Shown piece after piece: positions 17,768-27,293 of a DNA stretch of 64,000 nt. The stretch covers positions 1 through 64,000 of the forward strand of contig CBFGJV010000005.1 of the NCBI GenBank assembly GCA_965649205.1. Direction: 5' to 3'. The stretch is from a candidate division WOR-3 bacterium (GTDB lineage: Bacteria; Hydrothermota; Tepidihabitantia; Tepidihabitantales; Tepidihabitantaceae). The first letter of the stretch is position 1. Each line of letters starts with the position of its first letter. Both the position numbers and the translations under genes were made by a program. The notes under the pieces were generated by a model. The model worked only from the letters and a program-made list of their open reading frames with translations. It did not search any database and was not told where the DNA came from.

Positions 17768-19732
17768 ATGAACTCAGAACCAACGGCGAGAGAATCCGGT
17801 ATCACTCCAAGACTTATCCTTGACCTGCCCGAAGTCAGCGGACCGGAAGAGCTTTTCCGTATTGTTGCATCCAAATTGTCTGCTGAGGGAGTATTGTCCG
17901 ACCCCCAGACCGTTGTTCAAGAGTTACTTGCCCGCGAGGCGCAGGGTTCGACCGGCATGGGTAATGGCGTAGCATTACCCCATGCGGTAGTATCCGTGCC
18001 GCTCAAGGAAGTGCTGATTGCAGTCGTGCGGCTGCGTCGTGGAGTCAACTGGCATTCCCCTGACGGCAGACCGGTTCGCCTAGTCTGCCTGCTAATCTGT
18101 TCACAGGAATCACGTGCTGTCTACTTACACGCCTTGGCAGATGCGGCCCGTATACTGGGCAAACCGCACGCTCGGGTTCTTCTGCTCAGAGCCCGTTCCA
18201 CGGAACGTATCGCTGCCCTGCTTTCGGGTATTCCTCAGCCAGGGTTCCTGCAAAAAAACAAGGACGTTATATTCCTGGTGTGTGGAATAGTTGTTACTTT
18301 CTTCCTAGCTCGCCTCCTGTTTACTAATACCCGACTTCCGGATGAAGGCGTGTACCGGGAGCTCGGCTACCTCAAGTTCAATACGCAGCCTTGGCTTGAC
18401 CGCCAGTCTATCACCGCCGCCATATTCATCGGAATGATACTTGGTACCCTGCTCTTTTGGAGATTCCGGGTCGCCATCGCCGCAACTAGCTTCGGCATAC
18501 TTTTACTTTCTGGCGTGATGGGCATAGAGCACGCAGTGGAATATATGTCTCTCCCTACCGTCATCTTCATAATGGCGATGATGGTACTTATCAAGTGGTT
18601 GGAGAACGTCGGTGTGTTCCGGTTTGTGGTACTTGAGGTGGTGCGACGGGTAGGCAGCTCTCCCTGGGTTCTGCTCTTGGTACTGATGTTTTTCTCTCTC
18701 ATCCTTTCCGGCTTTGCGGGCGAGGTCTCTGGTATTCTTGTCACTTTCGGACTGGCGCTGGAAATAGCACGTCGTACGAAAACATCCGTATTGCCCTACC
18801 TTTTGAGCCTCGTCTTTGCTACCAACGTCGGCTCTGCACTTACTCTGGTAGGCAACCCTATTGGTGTGTACATCGCTTTTGCAGGTGGTCTCACCTTCGA
18901 AAACTTCCTGCGTTGGGCAAGCCCGCTGGCACTTGCCAGTTGGTGCGCTGTGGCCGGCTTATGTATCCTTGTATTTCGCAAGCAGCTCTGTGCCGGTGCG
19001 CCCGTGGAGCTAAAGTCGTCCGACTTCAAAACCGAATCTATTAAGGCGCACGAGCTACGCCTCGGTCTGATGGTATTCGCGGCCGTGGTGTTGTCGATTG
19101 TGGTTCACGCCAGACTGGAAAGTCTATTACACGTCGGAGAGGGGACCTTGCTTTTGGTCGTGCCTCTCGCTGCAGTTGCTTTCGTTATCTTCGTTGAACA
19201 GGAACGAGGCAAGATGCTCATCGAGCGGGGTATCGACTGGTGGACACTGCTTTTTTTCATGTTTCTCTTCGCTAATGCCGCCTGTCTGGAACACACGGGC
19301 GTGACTACCAAGCTGGGCTATCTTCTACTACAGGCTGCAAAAACGCTACCCTTCACCCGTTGGCTGGGTGCGTCAGGCCTTACCGGATCGACGCTTATCC
19401 TAATGCTCTGGGGTTCGGGTTTGTCGTCGGGTTTCGTGGACAATATGCCTATCGTGGCCGCACTCGTGCCTATCGTCAAGAATTTGTCCGCGGTTGGGCT
19501 GCCCCACGTTTCGATTCTTTGGTGGTCATTACTGTTCGGCGGCTGCTTTGGCGGTAATTTGACGATGATTGGTTCAAGCGCAAACCTGGTCGCACTGGGC
19601 AGTTACGAAAAAGCTACGGGGCGACACGTAAGCTTTGGAGAATGGTTCAAGGCAGGAATTATCATTACCGTCGGTTCTCTGCTGATAGCGACGCTCGGCT
19701 TGCTCCTCCAGATTTCCTTGGCGCCCCGATAG
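17768..19732 (+). CDS. Second PTS EIIA-ArsB/NhaD/SLC13 permease fusion
   Basis: GSTGMGNGVALPHA; same permease motifs as 15377-17320. Confidence 0.9.
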   Translation: MNSEPTARESGITPRLILDLPEVSGPEELFRIVASKLSAEGVLSDPQTVVQELLAREAQGSTGMGNGVALPHAVVSVPLKEVLIAVVRLRRGVNWHSPDGRPVRLVCLLICSQESRAVYLHALADAARILGKPHARVLLLRARSTERIAALLSGIPQPGFLQKNKDVIFLVCGIVVTFFLARLLFTNTRLPDEGVYRELGYLKFNTQPWLDRQSITAAIFIGMILGTLLFWRFRVAIAATSFGILLLSGVMGIEHAVEYMSLPTVIFIMAMMVLIKWLENVGVFRFVVLEVVRRVGSSPWVLLLVLMFFSLILSGFAGEVSGILVTFGLALEIARRTKTSVLPYLLSLVFATNVGSALTLVGNPIGVYIAFAGGLTFENFLRWASPLALASWCAVAGLCILVFRKQLCAGAPVELKSSDFKTESIKAHELRLGLMVFAAVVLSIVVHARLESLLHVGEGTLLLVVPLAAVAFVIFVEQERGKMLIERGIDWWTLLFFMFLFANAACLEHTGVTTKLGYLLLQAAKTLPFTRWLGASGLTGSTLILMLWGSGLSSGFVDNMPIVAALVPIVKNLSAVGLPHVSILWWSLLFGGCFGGNLTMIGSSANLVALGSYEKATGRHVSFGEWFKAGIIITVGSLLIATLGLLLQISLAPR

Positions 19733-19755
19733 AAATAGAACTCTGATCGGTCCTG

Positions 19756-20016
19756 TCAGCGCGGCTTCTGCACACGCCTGGCTTTAGCTCGCTCTCGCTC
19801 GGTCGCTCTGGCCATTTCAGCCAGAAGAGCCAGATTCTCTCTGGCTTCCTTTTGGTCCACTATCTGGATGGCAAAACCGGCGTGGACAATAACGTAGTCG
19901 CCAACCTTTGCCTCTGGCGTCATCAGTACGGAAATCTCCCGTTCGACGCCGCCCACCTCGCCTACGGCCATATCGCCCTTTATCTCTGTGATTCTTACCG
20001 GTATGGCCAAGCACAT
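19756..20016 (-). CDS. hypC: [NiFe]-hydrogenase maturation chaperone HypC
   Basis: MCLAIP...VGDYVIVHAGFAI. Confidence 0.96.
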   Translation of the reverse strand: MCLAIPVRITEIKGDMAVGEVGGVEREISVLMTPEAKVGDYVIVHAGFAIQIVDQKEARENLALLAEMARATERERAKARRVQKPR

Positions 20017-20024
20017 ATGCTCTG

Positions 20025-21350
20025 TCAGGTTTTCAGTTTCTTTTTCTCTGCCGCCGGGAAAAGTACATTGTTCAGTATAAGTCTGTATCCCGGCGAGTTC
20101 TTGTGCAGGGAAAGGTCGGTGACCGGATCACCTACCCGGTGGGTATAGTCTTCCGGGTCGTGTCCACCGAGAAACGTCCAGGTGCCTTGGCCGAAGTTAC
20201 CGTGGATGTATTTTACTTCCTCCGTATTCTTTATTTCGCCCATCACCAGAGTACTGGGCTTCAGGCGACTGCGGCGGAATCCGCAGTTCTGTCCCAAAAA
20301 CTCCTTGACCAGCGCCACATGATTCTGCACCAGCATAGTGGGCACCGGGTCAAACTTGGCCGAGAAATCAAAGAGAGCAAAGTAGGTGTCAGGTCCGCGG
20401 ACGCTTGCTTCCTGATAGGTGTCAATGTCGGAGTGTTCGTAAACCATAGGGTCAGTTACTATCTCAAAGTTTTCGAAAGCCAGACAACCGCTGTAGTCCA
20501 GCTTGGACCTGTAGTCCGGGTCGATGCCGTCGCCGTCAAATACCTGATGACATATGTCAGTGTTTCTGGCTGCCCAGGCGATGTCCGGGGTGTCGGTGGC
20601 CGAACACATGGCAAACAGCATCCCGCCTTCTGCGACATACTGTCGCACCATTTCTACTATGGCCAGCTTCAACTTGCTTACTTTGGCGAATCCAAGCTTT
20701 CGGGCCATTTTGGTGTTCAGCGCCACTTCGGCCTGGTACCAGTCTGTATTGTGATAGGAAGCGTAGAACTTTCCGTACTGGCCCGTGAAATCTTCGTGAT
20801 GCAGGTGCAGCCAGTCGTATTGCGACAGCTTGCCGGCTAGCACTTCTTCATCCCACACCTTGTCATAAGGTATGCCCGCATATTCCAGCGCCAGCCTGAC
20901 CGCGTCATCCCAGGGGTCAGCTGTGGGCGGCACATATACCGCCAGACTGGTGGGCCGCTCCAGCATTACCGACTCCATATTGTTCTGCTCTATGGTTTGT
21001 CTAATCTGCACCAGCTCGGCCGGAGAAACGGGCTGATATACCACTCCGTTCAGACGACACTCTTTCATTGCCTGGGCTTCTACCGGCAGCAGAAAAGAGC
21101 CTCCTCGATAGTTCAGCAGCCATTCTGCCTTTTGGCCTCTCTGCAGTAACCGATACACTATGCCATACGCCTTCAGATGGTCGGTCTGAGTCAAATCCAT
21201 CGGGATGAGCAGGTTAGCCGGCTGGGCGAGGGCGGTCGTCACAACTGCAAGCAGCGCCAGCAGTTGCCACCTTGCGTTTTTCCGCCGCCATATCGGAATC
21301 TGGAATAGTCCTTTCCACCTTTCCTCAGTATTTCCGATAATTAGTTTCAT
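20025..21350 (-). CDS. Conserved exported protein with a class-I GATase-like segment
   Basis: Signal peptide (ALAQP); LLIPMD..Q.DHLKAYG, WLHLHHEDFTGQYGKF, FAMCSATD, GHDPEDY; function unknown. Confidence 0.7.
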   Translation of the reverse strand: MKLIIGNTEERWKGLFQIPIWRRKNARWQLLALLAVVTTALAQPANLLIPMDLTQTDHLKAYGIVYRLLQRGQKAEWLLNYRGGSFLLPVEAQAMKECRLNGVVYQPVSPAELVQIRQTIEQNNMESVMLERPTSLAVYVPPTADPWDDAVRLALEYAGIPYDKVWDEEVLAGKLSQYDWLHLHHEDFTGQYGKFYASYHNTDWYQAEVALNTKMARKLGFAKVSKLKLAIVEMVRQYVAEGGMLFAMCSATDTPDIAWAARNTDICHQVFDGDGIDPDYRSKLDYSGCLAFENFEIVTDPMVYEHSDIDTYQEASVRGPDTYFALFDFSAKFDPVPTMLVQNHVALVKEFLGQNCGFRRSRLKPSTLVMGEIKNTEEVKYIHGNFGQGTWTFLGGHDPEDYTHRVGDPVTDLSLHKNSPGYRLILNNVLFPAAEKKKLKT

Positions 21351-22396
21351 AGGGTAATCCTCGTTCCTGCTTCCTGCCGCAACGCCGGGCCGATATGTTC
21401 GGGGTCGGTAATCACTACCAACCTTTCTTTACGGCTATTCTGACGGGCAGTTTCAGGACTTTGTCCGCCGTCATAATTTCCTTCCAGAAAAGCCAGGGCC
21501 GCTTCCACTTTCGGTCCCATACTTCCTGCGGCAAATTCACCGGCGGAAAGATAACGACGCACATCACAGATTTTGACGCTAGTCAGCGGCTGCTGGTTCG
21601 GCTTGCCGTAGTGCAGGTAAACTTCCGGCACGGCTGTGGAGATAATAAATGTGTCGGCATTAATTCTGTGTGCCAGCAGAGCGGAGGCCAGGTCTTTGTC
21701 AATCACCGCTGCTACCCCGCGCAGCAACCCGGCATCTTCTGCACCCTGCGTTGACTTTTGTCTTACGACGGGTATGCCTCCACCGCCGCAGGCAATCACC
21801 ACAAAACCGGCTTCCAACAATCGTTCTACCTCTGTCTGTTCCACAATCTCTACCGGCTCAGGCGAAGGCACCAGCCGGCGGAATCCGCGTCCCGCGTCTT
21901 CCTGCATAGTCCAACCCAGTTCCTTCTGCAGCACTGCTGCTTCCGCCTTGGTATAGAATGGTCCTACCGGCTTGGAAGGATTGGAAAACGCCGGGTCGTT
22001 TTCATTCACTACCACCTGGGTGACCACTGTCACTACACCACCGGCACCATTGCCGATTCCTTCGTGGCCGGACAGATTCTGTCTCAGTCCTCTCCGGCGT
22101 AACTCATTACCCAGCGCCTGCTGAATCATATAGCCTATTTCTCCCTGCGTCTGGGCATTAGCCGCTTCCAGCGGAATTTCCGGCAAACGGTTGCGCGCGA
22201 GATGAGAACGGATAAGCAGGAATCCGACCTGCGGTCCGTTTCCGTGGGTGATTACTACCTGATGTCCGGCCTGAACCAGGTCCGCAATCTGCCGGCAGGT
22301 TGTGTCCACTGCGGCAAGCTGGTCTGCAAAAGACTGTTTGTCTTTGGCCCGTATCAGGGAATTACCGCCTATGGCAAGGACTATTCTGCGCTGCAT
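21347..22396 (-). CDS. arcC: Carbamate kinase
   Basis: IGGNSL, THGNGPQVG, DPAF.NPSKPVGPFY, EDAGRGFRRLVPSP, GGGGIPV, VIDKD, GSMGPK; start re-assigned to ATG 22396. Confidence 0.95.
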   Translation of the reverse strand: MQRRIVLAIGGNSLIRAKDKQSFADQLAAVDTTCRQIADLVQAGHQVVITHGNGPQVGFLLIRSHLARNRLPEIPLEAANAQTQGEIGYMIQQALGNELRRRGLRQNLSGHEGIGNGAGGVVTVVTQVVVNENDPAFSNPSKPVGPFYTKAEAAVLQKELGWTMQEDAGRGFRRLVPSPEPVEIVEQTEVERLLEAGFVVIACGGGGIPVVRQKSTQGAEDAGLLRGVAAVIDKDLASALLAHRINADTFIISTAVPEVYLHYGKPNQQPLTSVKICDVRRYLSAGEFAAGSMGPKVEAALAFLEGNYDGGQSPETARQNSRKERLVVITDPEHIGPALRQEAGTRITL

Positions 22397-22492
22397 AATC
22401 TTAAGCATACCCTAACACCTGCTCAGTGCAACAAAGCCCGTACCCTTGCCAGGTTTTACAAAGCAGGTTACACTACTAATAAGCTATCAGAC

Positions 22493-22960
22493 GGAGGCGG
22501 GTCGGACGGTCGCTGCGGCTTCTGGCCGCAGAGGAAAGTCCGGGCACCAAAGGGCAAGGCACTTGCTAACAGCAAGGCCGCGGGTCAGAAATGGCCCGGG
22601 GACGGAAAGTGCCACAGAAACCATACCGCCCCCGGCGTTCCTGCGTCGGAAGTCCGGGAGAAAACCCAGGAAACCCGGGGTCAGGAAAGCTGACTGGGGT
22701 TTCAGGGGTGAAGCCCCTGATTCCCGGCGTCCTTGCCGGGGGTAAGGGTGAAAAAGTGCGGTAAGAGCGCACTATTCCGGGTGGTGACATCCGGGATGGG
22801 CAAACCCTGCCTGGTGCAAGACCAAGTCGGGACAAGGACTGGCCCGGTCCGTTTGAGTCCTGGGTAGGTCGCTTGAGGCCTGCGGGTAACTGCAGGCACA
22901 GATAAATGACCGTCACGGGCCGCAAGGTCCGTACAGAACCCGGCTTATAGACCCGCCTCC
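22493..22960 (+). ncRNA. rnpB: RNase P RNA (type A-like) with an extended P12 region
   Basis: [79 protein letters not shown]1 GGAGGCGGGTC/GACCCGCCTCC; promoter TTGCCA-17-TACACT at 22446. Confidence 0.96.
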
Positions 22961-22964
22961 TCTG

Positions 22965-25379
22965 TTACTCCAGTACCAATTTGGCCGTAGCGATGGTATT
23001 TTTTGCCTCCAGCCGGCAGAAATAGACGCCTGCAGCCGCCTTCCTGCCTTGGGCGTCCTGGCCGTCCCAAAAGACAACTGCGTCTCCGTTTCTGCCCGTC
23101 AGGCCGATTTTTCTCACCATCCGTCCGGCTATATCACGCACAACAAGTTCTGCATTCTGTCCCGTCGGGAGCCGGCAGAGAAACCGCACCTGTCCTCTTG
23201 CCGGATTGGTTTTCAGCTGGAGGACCGTTCCGGTGTTCGCCTCTCTATCTTCCTCCGCGCCCACCCGGTCCTGATAGACAACAAAGTAGTTTGCCCGCCG
23301 CGCGAAATACAGCTTGTTTCCCATCTCGTCTCTTGCCGCATAACGGGGCAAGGGTATATCGGGCAGAAAGGTGGTTAACTCATCGTAGCGGCAGTCCAAG
23401 ATACGGAGACCATCCGGGGTGCCCAGATACAATCTGTCTGTCAGTTCGTTGAGCAGTCCCACATGCCGGAAATTCACTGACACAGCGCTGGCGATACTGT
23501 CGCCCGCGCAGTCGTACACATAGACCGCACCTTCCAGGGGGCCTTCGTGACACAGGTACAGTTTTCCCAGTCGCGTATGCAGGAAAACGGTATCTGCGTC
23601 TGTCGGAAACGGAACTCGGCAGACTACAGAATCATTCCGCACATCTAGCACCGTCAATACGCAGGCGCGATTATCCACCAGATACAACCTGCCGTTACCG
23701 CCATGGGCAACCAGTCTTGTATCTCCTGTTCTCCTGCCGGCCCAAAGGCGCGAGACGATTGATTCTCTGACCGGGTCCATGCCGAGCAGAAGAAGTCCGG
23801 CAGTGTCTCTGCCCGCCAGATATATGCGCCGCGACCAGGGATGATAGGCGGCGCTGGACACATCCCCCGGCAGCGTCAAGACACTTCTTATCGTATCCCG
23901 CAGACAATCGTACACAAAGGCCCTAGGTTCCGCGGTATAGGCGGCAGGAAACAGAAACAGCTTTCCCAGCTCCGGCAAAAGCAGGGGCAGAGCGCGTATG
24001 ATTCCGGGCATCTTCGCCGCGGTAAGGCGTAAGTCTCGCACGCAGTCAAAAACTTCCAGGACGCTGTCGCCGACTACATACAGCCGGCCTAGGGCGGGAT
24101 GGACGACGGCAAAAACATTGGTGCCGGACACACCGAGTGGAAGTCGGGTAAGCTCCTGGTATCGAGAACCCAGGACCAGCACTGCGCCGTTTCCCGGCAG
24201 GAGAAGATACAGCTTGTTACCAGCCGGATAATACACCATACCCCGAATGCTGTACAACGTATAGTCCATATATCCTCTCACCGTGTCCGGGCCTGCTTCC
24301 ACGACAATAACCGTATCGTCACTCATGGCGCAATACAGTTCGTGCCTTGTCTCGGATACCGCCATGACCTGCGGCTCGCCATAGGTCAGCGTGCCAATGC
24401 GACCGACCAGAGTGTCTGTTTCTCCCAGCACGGCTATACCGCCGGAGCGGTCGGTAGATACATACACGCGGCCGCTGTACGCACAGGAAGCAAAACCGAC
24501 TGCCGCGCCGGTCTGCACCCGGGCGCGGATAGACTCTTGGGCGCAATCCCAAACTGTCACCGAATCCACAGGACCGCTGGCGTACAACCTGTTCCAACCC
24601 GGATGGTAGAACAACCTGCTACGGCTGAAAAATCCCGGAACAGTATGCCACTCGGTAATCTCATCGGTATTCACTATCAGAAGTTGCTCATTCTCTCCGC
24701 TGCAGTACAGCCGGCGTCCCAAGGGATTGAGCGCTATCTCCAACACCTGAAATGGCAGAACCGCCCGCCCTACTACCGATTCTCTCGCACAGTCAAATGC
24801 TATAAGCTTGTATTCCTGAGTATCTGTTCCGATCCAGCTGCTGGCCAGCAGCAGCCGGTCGGATACCGAATCCCAGGCCGCCACAAAATAGTCACTGCTG
24901 TCCATTTCCGTAATCCTGCGCAACGACTCGGCTCGCACGTCATAGGTCATAATGCGGAGGACACCGTCATCGTTTCCCGGCAAAAACAAAAGACCAGACC
25001 TGGGGCTGTAGAGCAGACCGCCGGTTACCCGCGGCAGGACGACGGTGCGTAGAACCGTATCTGTCCGCGCGTCCACTATCACCAGGCTCGTTTCTCTTGC
25101 TAGATAGATTCGTTCTTCTTCCTCGCTGCAGACCATATTGGTTGCGGCCGGGAGTTTGCGTTCCTTGCGCAAGGTTAACGGATCAAAAACAAGCACCCCG
25201 CTGGTAGCAGCCACATACACTCTTCCTGTGGAAGGATTCGTCAGAATTTGACTGGGATTACTCAGACCGCCCAGAGTGTCGGAAATATAGACGATGGTAT
25301 CCAGCTGCTGCGCCAGCGCACTGGTTCCCAACACGACCCAGAGAAGCGCGAAAGAAAGACGGAGACTATGTTTTGTCAT
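22965..25379 (-). CDS. Secreted YncE/YVTN-type beta-propeller protein with T9SS/FlgD-like CTD
   Basis: Signal peptide; repeated ..P...(K/R)LY....V.D...D(S/T)V; C-terminus NP...DIAGRMVR...WDGQD..G..AAAGVYF...KLVLE. Confidence 0.85.
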   Translation of the reverse strand: MTKHSLRLSFALLWVVLGTSALAQQLDTIVYISDTLGGLSNPSQILTNPSTGRVYVAATSGVLVFDPLTLRKERKLPAATNMVCSEEEERIYLARETSLVIVDARTDTVLRTVVLPRVTGGLLYSPRSGLLFLPGNDDGVLRIMTYDVRAESLRRITEMDSSDYFVAAWDSVSDRLLLASSWIGTDTQEYKLIAFDCARESVVGRAVLPFQVLEIALNPLGRRLYCSGENEQLLIVNTDEITEWHTVPGFFSRSRLFYHPGWNRLYASGPVDSVTVWDCAQESIRARVQTGAAVGFASCAYSGRVYVSTDRSGGIAVLGETDTLVGRIGTLTYGEPQVMAVSETRHELYCAMSDDTVIVVEAGPDTVRGYMDYTLYSIRGMVYYPAGNKLYLLLPGNGAVLVLGSRYQELTRLPLGVSGTNVFAVVHPALGRLYVVGDSVLEVFDCVRDLRLTAAKMPGIIRALPLLLPELGKLFLFPAAYTAEPRAFVYDCLRDTIRSVLTLPGDVSSAAYHPWSRRIYLAGRDTAGLLLLGMDPVRESIVSRLWAGRRTGDTRLVAHGGNGRLYLVDNRACVLTVLDVRNDSVVCRVPFPTDADTVFLHTRLGKLYLCHEGPLEGAVYVYDCAGDSIASAVSVNFRHVGLLNELTDRLYLGTPDGLRILDCRYDELTTFLPDIPLPRYAARDEMGNKLYFARRANYFVVYQDRVGAEEDREANTGTVLQLKTNPARGQVRFLCRLPTGQNAELVVRDIAGRMVRKIGLTGRNGDAVVFWDGQDAQGRKAAAGVYFCRLEAKNTIATAKLVLE

Positions 25380-26079
25380 ACACTATCTCCTTTGCCATCC
25401 TCAGAATATTAGGCCCGCGACCCTTTCTAATCCTGCGGCTAAAACCTCCCTCTGTCAATCTCCTCTTTTTTAGGGGGCAAAAGCAGAATACCAACTTCTT
25501 CCGTTTTTGTCCGTTCCGCTACTGGCTTTCTTCCTGCGACTGCAGCTGGCGGAGAAAGAAAGTAAAATCAAAGGAGCGGGAATCACTTTGTTCATAATAG
25601 AAACAACCGCGCTCGTTTGCCGTGTTCTTCTGGCTAAAAAACGCTTTTCTTTTGTCTCTTCAGACACCGCCCTCGCCTTTGCTTTTTAGTTTGCAGAGAA
25701 CAACTCTTCTCTTTTCTCTTCTGAAAACAACGCCTGCCCGGTATTCTTTGCGCAAAAGATGAGCACAGCACCGCCCCCCAAGCGACCCCTGAGAGTCAGA
25801 GCAGAAAGGCTCCGGTAGGGGATAAGATCTTGACCTGTCGCCAGTTAGAGCTATTCATCTCTTGACACATGCCTTGCTGCGGTCAGCGGGGAAATGTGCT
25901 AACTGCCACTTATTGCGCAAGTTGCCGTGCTGACCGCAATTTATTCGTTCAGGCACTGGCTTTCGGACGGGCTCCGTTTCGGAAAAAGTTCTTGAACCGC
26001 TGGCAGTGTTACATATATTGTGGCGGGCAGTTTCTTTCTGCGGAATTATATAGGTAACGACAGGCATACTACCTTGCTT

Positions 26080-27264
26080 ATGTTTCGCCATTACCGGTTA
26101 TTATTTGCGGCAATTGTGGTGCTGGTTATGGGGCTGCGTTTTGTGACTGTCGTGCTGGTCCGTCCTGAGCCGGAGCTGGATGAAGCTCTGCATCTGAAGG
26201 TGGCAGAACAGTTTGGGGCAGGCTTTCCTAGTCTTGGGCAATTACGCAGTTATGGTTCGGCTACTGGCCCGTTCTTCTATCTGGTTATGGGTAATGCTGG
26301 TGCTTTGGTGGCTTATGACCTTATGTGGTTGAGGCTTGGGGTTCTGGGAATGGCGGTTGCGTCTCTGTTTGTTTTCTATCGTATTCTGAAAAGGGCTTTG
26401 CCCGAAGATGACCCCCTGCCTGCTTTGGCTTGTCTGGCTACGGCTCCCTATTTTGCGCCCTTGGCCGGCATGCTGATGACAGAGCATCTGGCTATTTTAT
26501 TGGGTTTGGCTTCATTTCTTTTCTACCAGAGATACGGGGCGACGGGGAGGATGGGGGAGGCGGTACTGTCTGTTTTTCTGGCTACGTTGGCACTTCTCAC
26601 CCGCGTATATCTGGTTTTTCTGCCGGCAGCCATGTTTGTGTCCGGTCTGGTAACAAGACCGCGCGTCTGGTTCCGCTGGCTTTTTTTCCTTTTGCCGGCA
26701 GGGATATTTCTCCCCCTGGTTTTGTTCTGGCGCGGTCTGGCTCCGCCCAGTTACCAACATCTTTATCACCTTGGTTTTTCCTGGCAGAATCTGAGCTCAG
26801 TTTGTATCTGGCTGGGGGTTTCCTTTTTTCCCTGGGTGCGGCAGTGGAAAAGGGTAGAGCGACTTGCTTCCTTGCTTATAATACCGGTTTTGCTCTCAGT
26901 GCCCCTGCCCGGACTGGGTTTCACACGTACGGTGCTTTCCTTATGGCCTCGCCCGCTTGTTCTGGCTGTAGTTCTGGTACTTGGGCTGGTCGGGTTGAAC
27001 TATTTCCTCTCACTGCTGCCACGTGGATCGGGGAATAACCTGTCTCTGCGGACTGCAGCCGGCGGTGGTTTGTTTCTGGTGCTGGGCCTGGTCATTTCCG
27101 GTCCGGCAGTGTACGAACGGTATATGCTGCCCGGTTATCCCTTTCTGCTTTTGTGTGCTCGACCGGCTGCTAGCCGCACCAGAGCGCTGGTCTGGGCAGG
27201 GTTATGTCAGTTTCCCCTGGCGGTAGCGCACATTTTACACCTGAGCGGCTGGTTGCGGGTCTGA
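26080..27264 (+). CDS. GT-C fold membrane glycosyltransferase (PMT/ArnT-like)
   Basis: DE motif after TM1 (PELDEALH), GPFFY, many TM helices, ERY.LP near the C-terminus. Confidence 0.7.
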   Translation: MFRHYRLLFAAIVVLVMGLRFVTVVLVRPEPELDEALHLKVAEQFGAGFPSLGQLRSYGSATGPFFYLVMGNAGALVAYDLMWLRLGVLGMAVASLFVFYRILKRALPEDDPLPALACLATAPYFAPLAGMLMTEHLAILLGLASFLFYQRYGATGRMGEAVLSVFLATLALLTRVYLVFLPAAMFVSGLVTRPRVWFRWLFFLLPAGIFLPLVLFWRGLAPPSYQHLYHLGFSWQNLSSVCIWLGVSFFPWVRQWKRVERLASLLIIPVLLSVPLPGLGFTRTVLSLWPRPLVLAVVLVLGLVGLNYFLSLLPRGSGNNLSLRTAAGGGLFLVLGLVISGPAVYERYMLPGYPFLLLCARPAASRTRALVWAGLCQFPLAVAHILHLSGWLRV

Positions 27265-27293
27265 AACCCGGGCGAGTTGCGAAAGCCGGACAG

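Noticed and set aside
20025..21350. Asparagine synthetase function
   Set aside because: No N-terminal Ntn Cys or synthetase motifs, and it has a signal peptide.
22202..22925. Short ORFs over rnpB
   Set aside because: Shadow ORFs of a GC-rich structured RNA.
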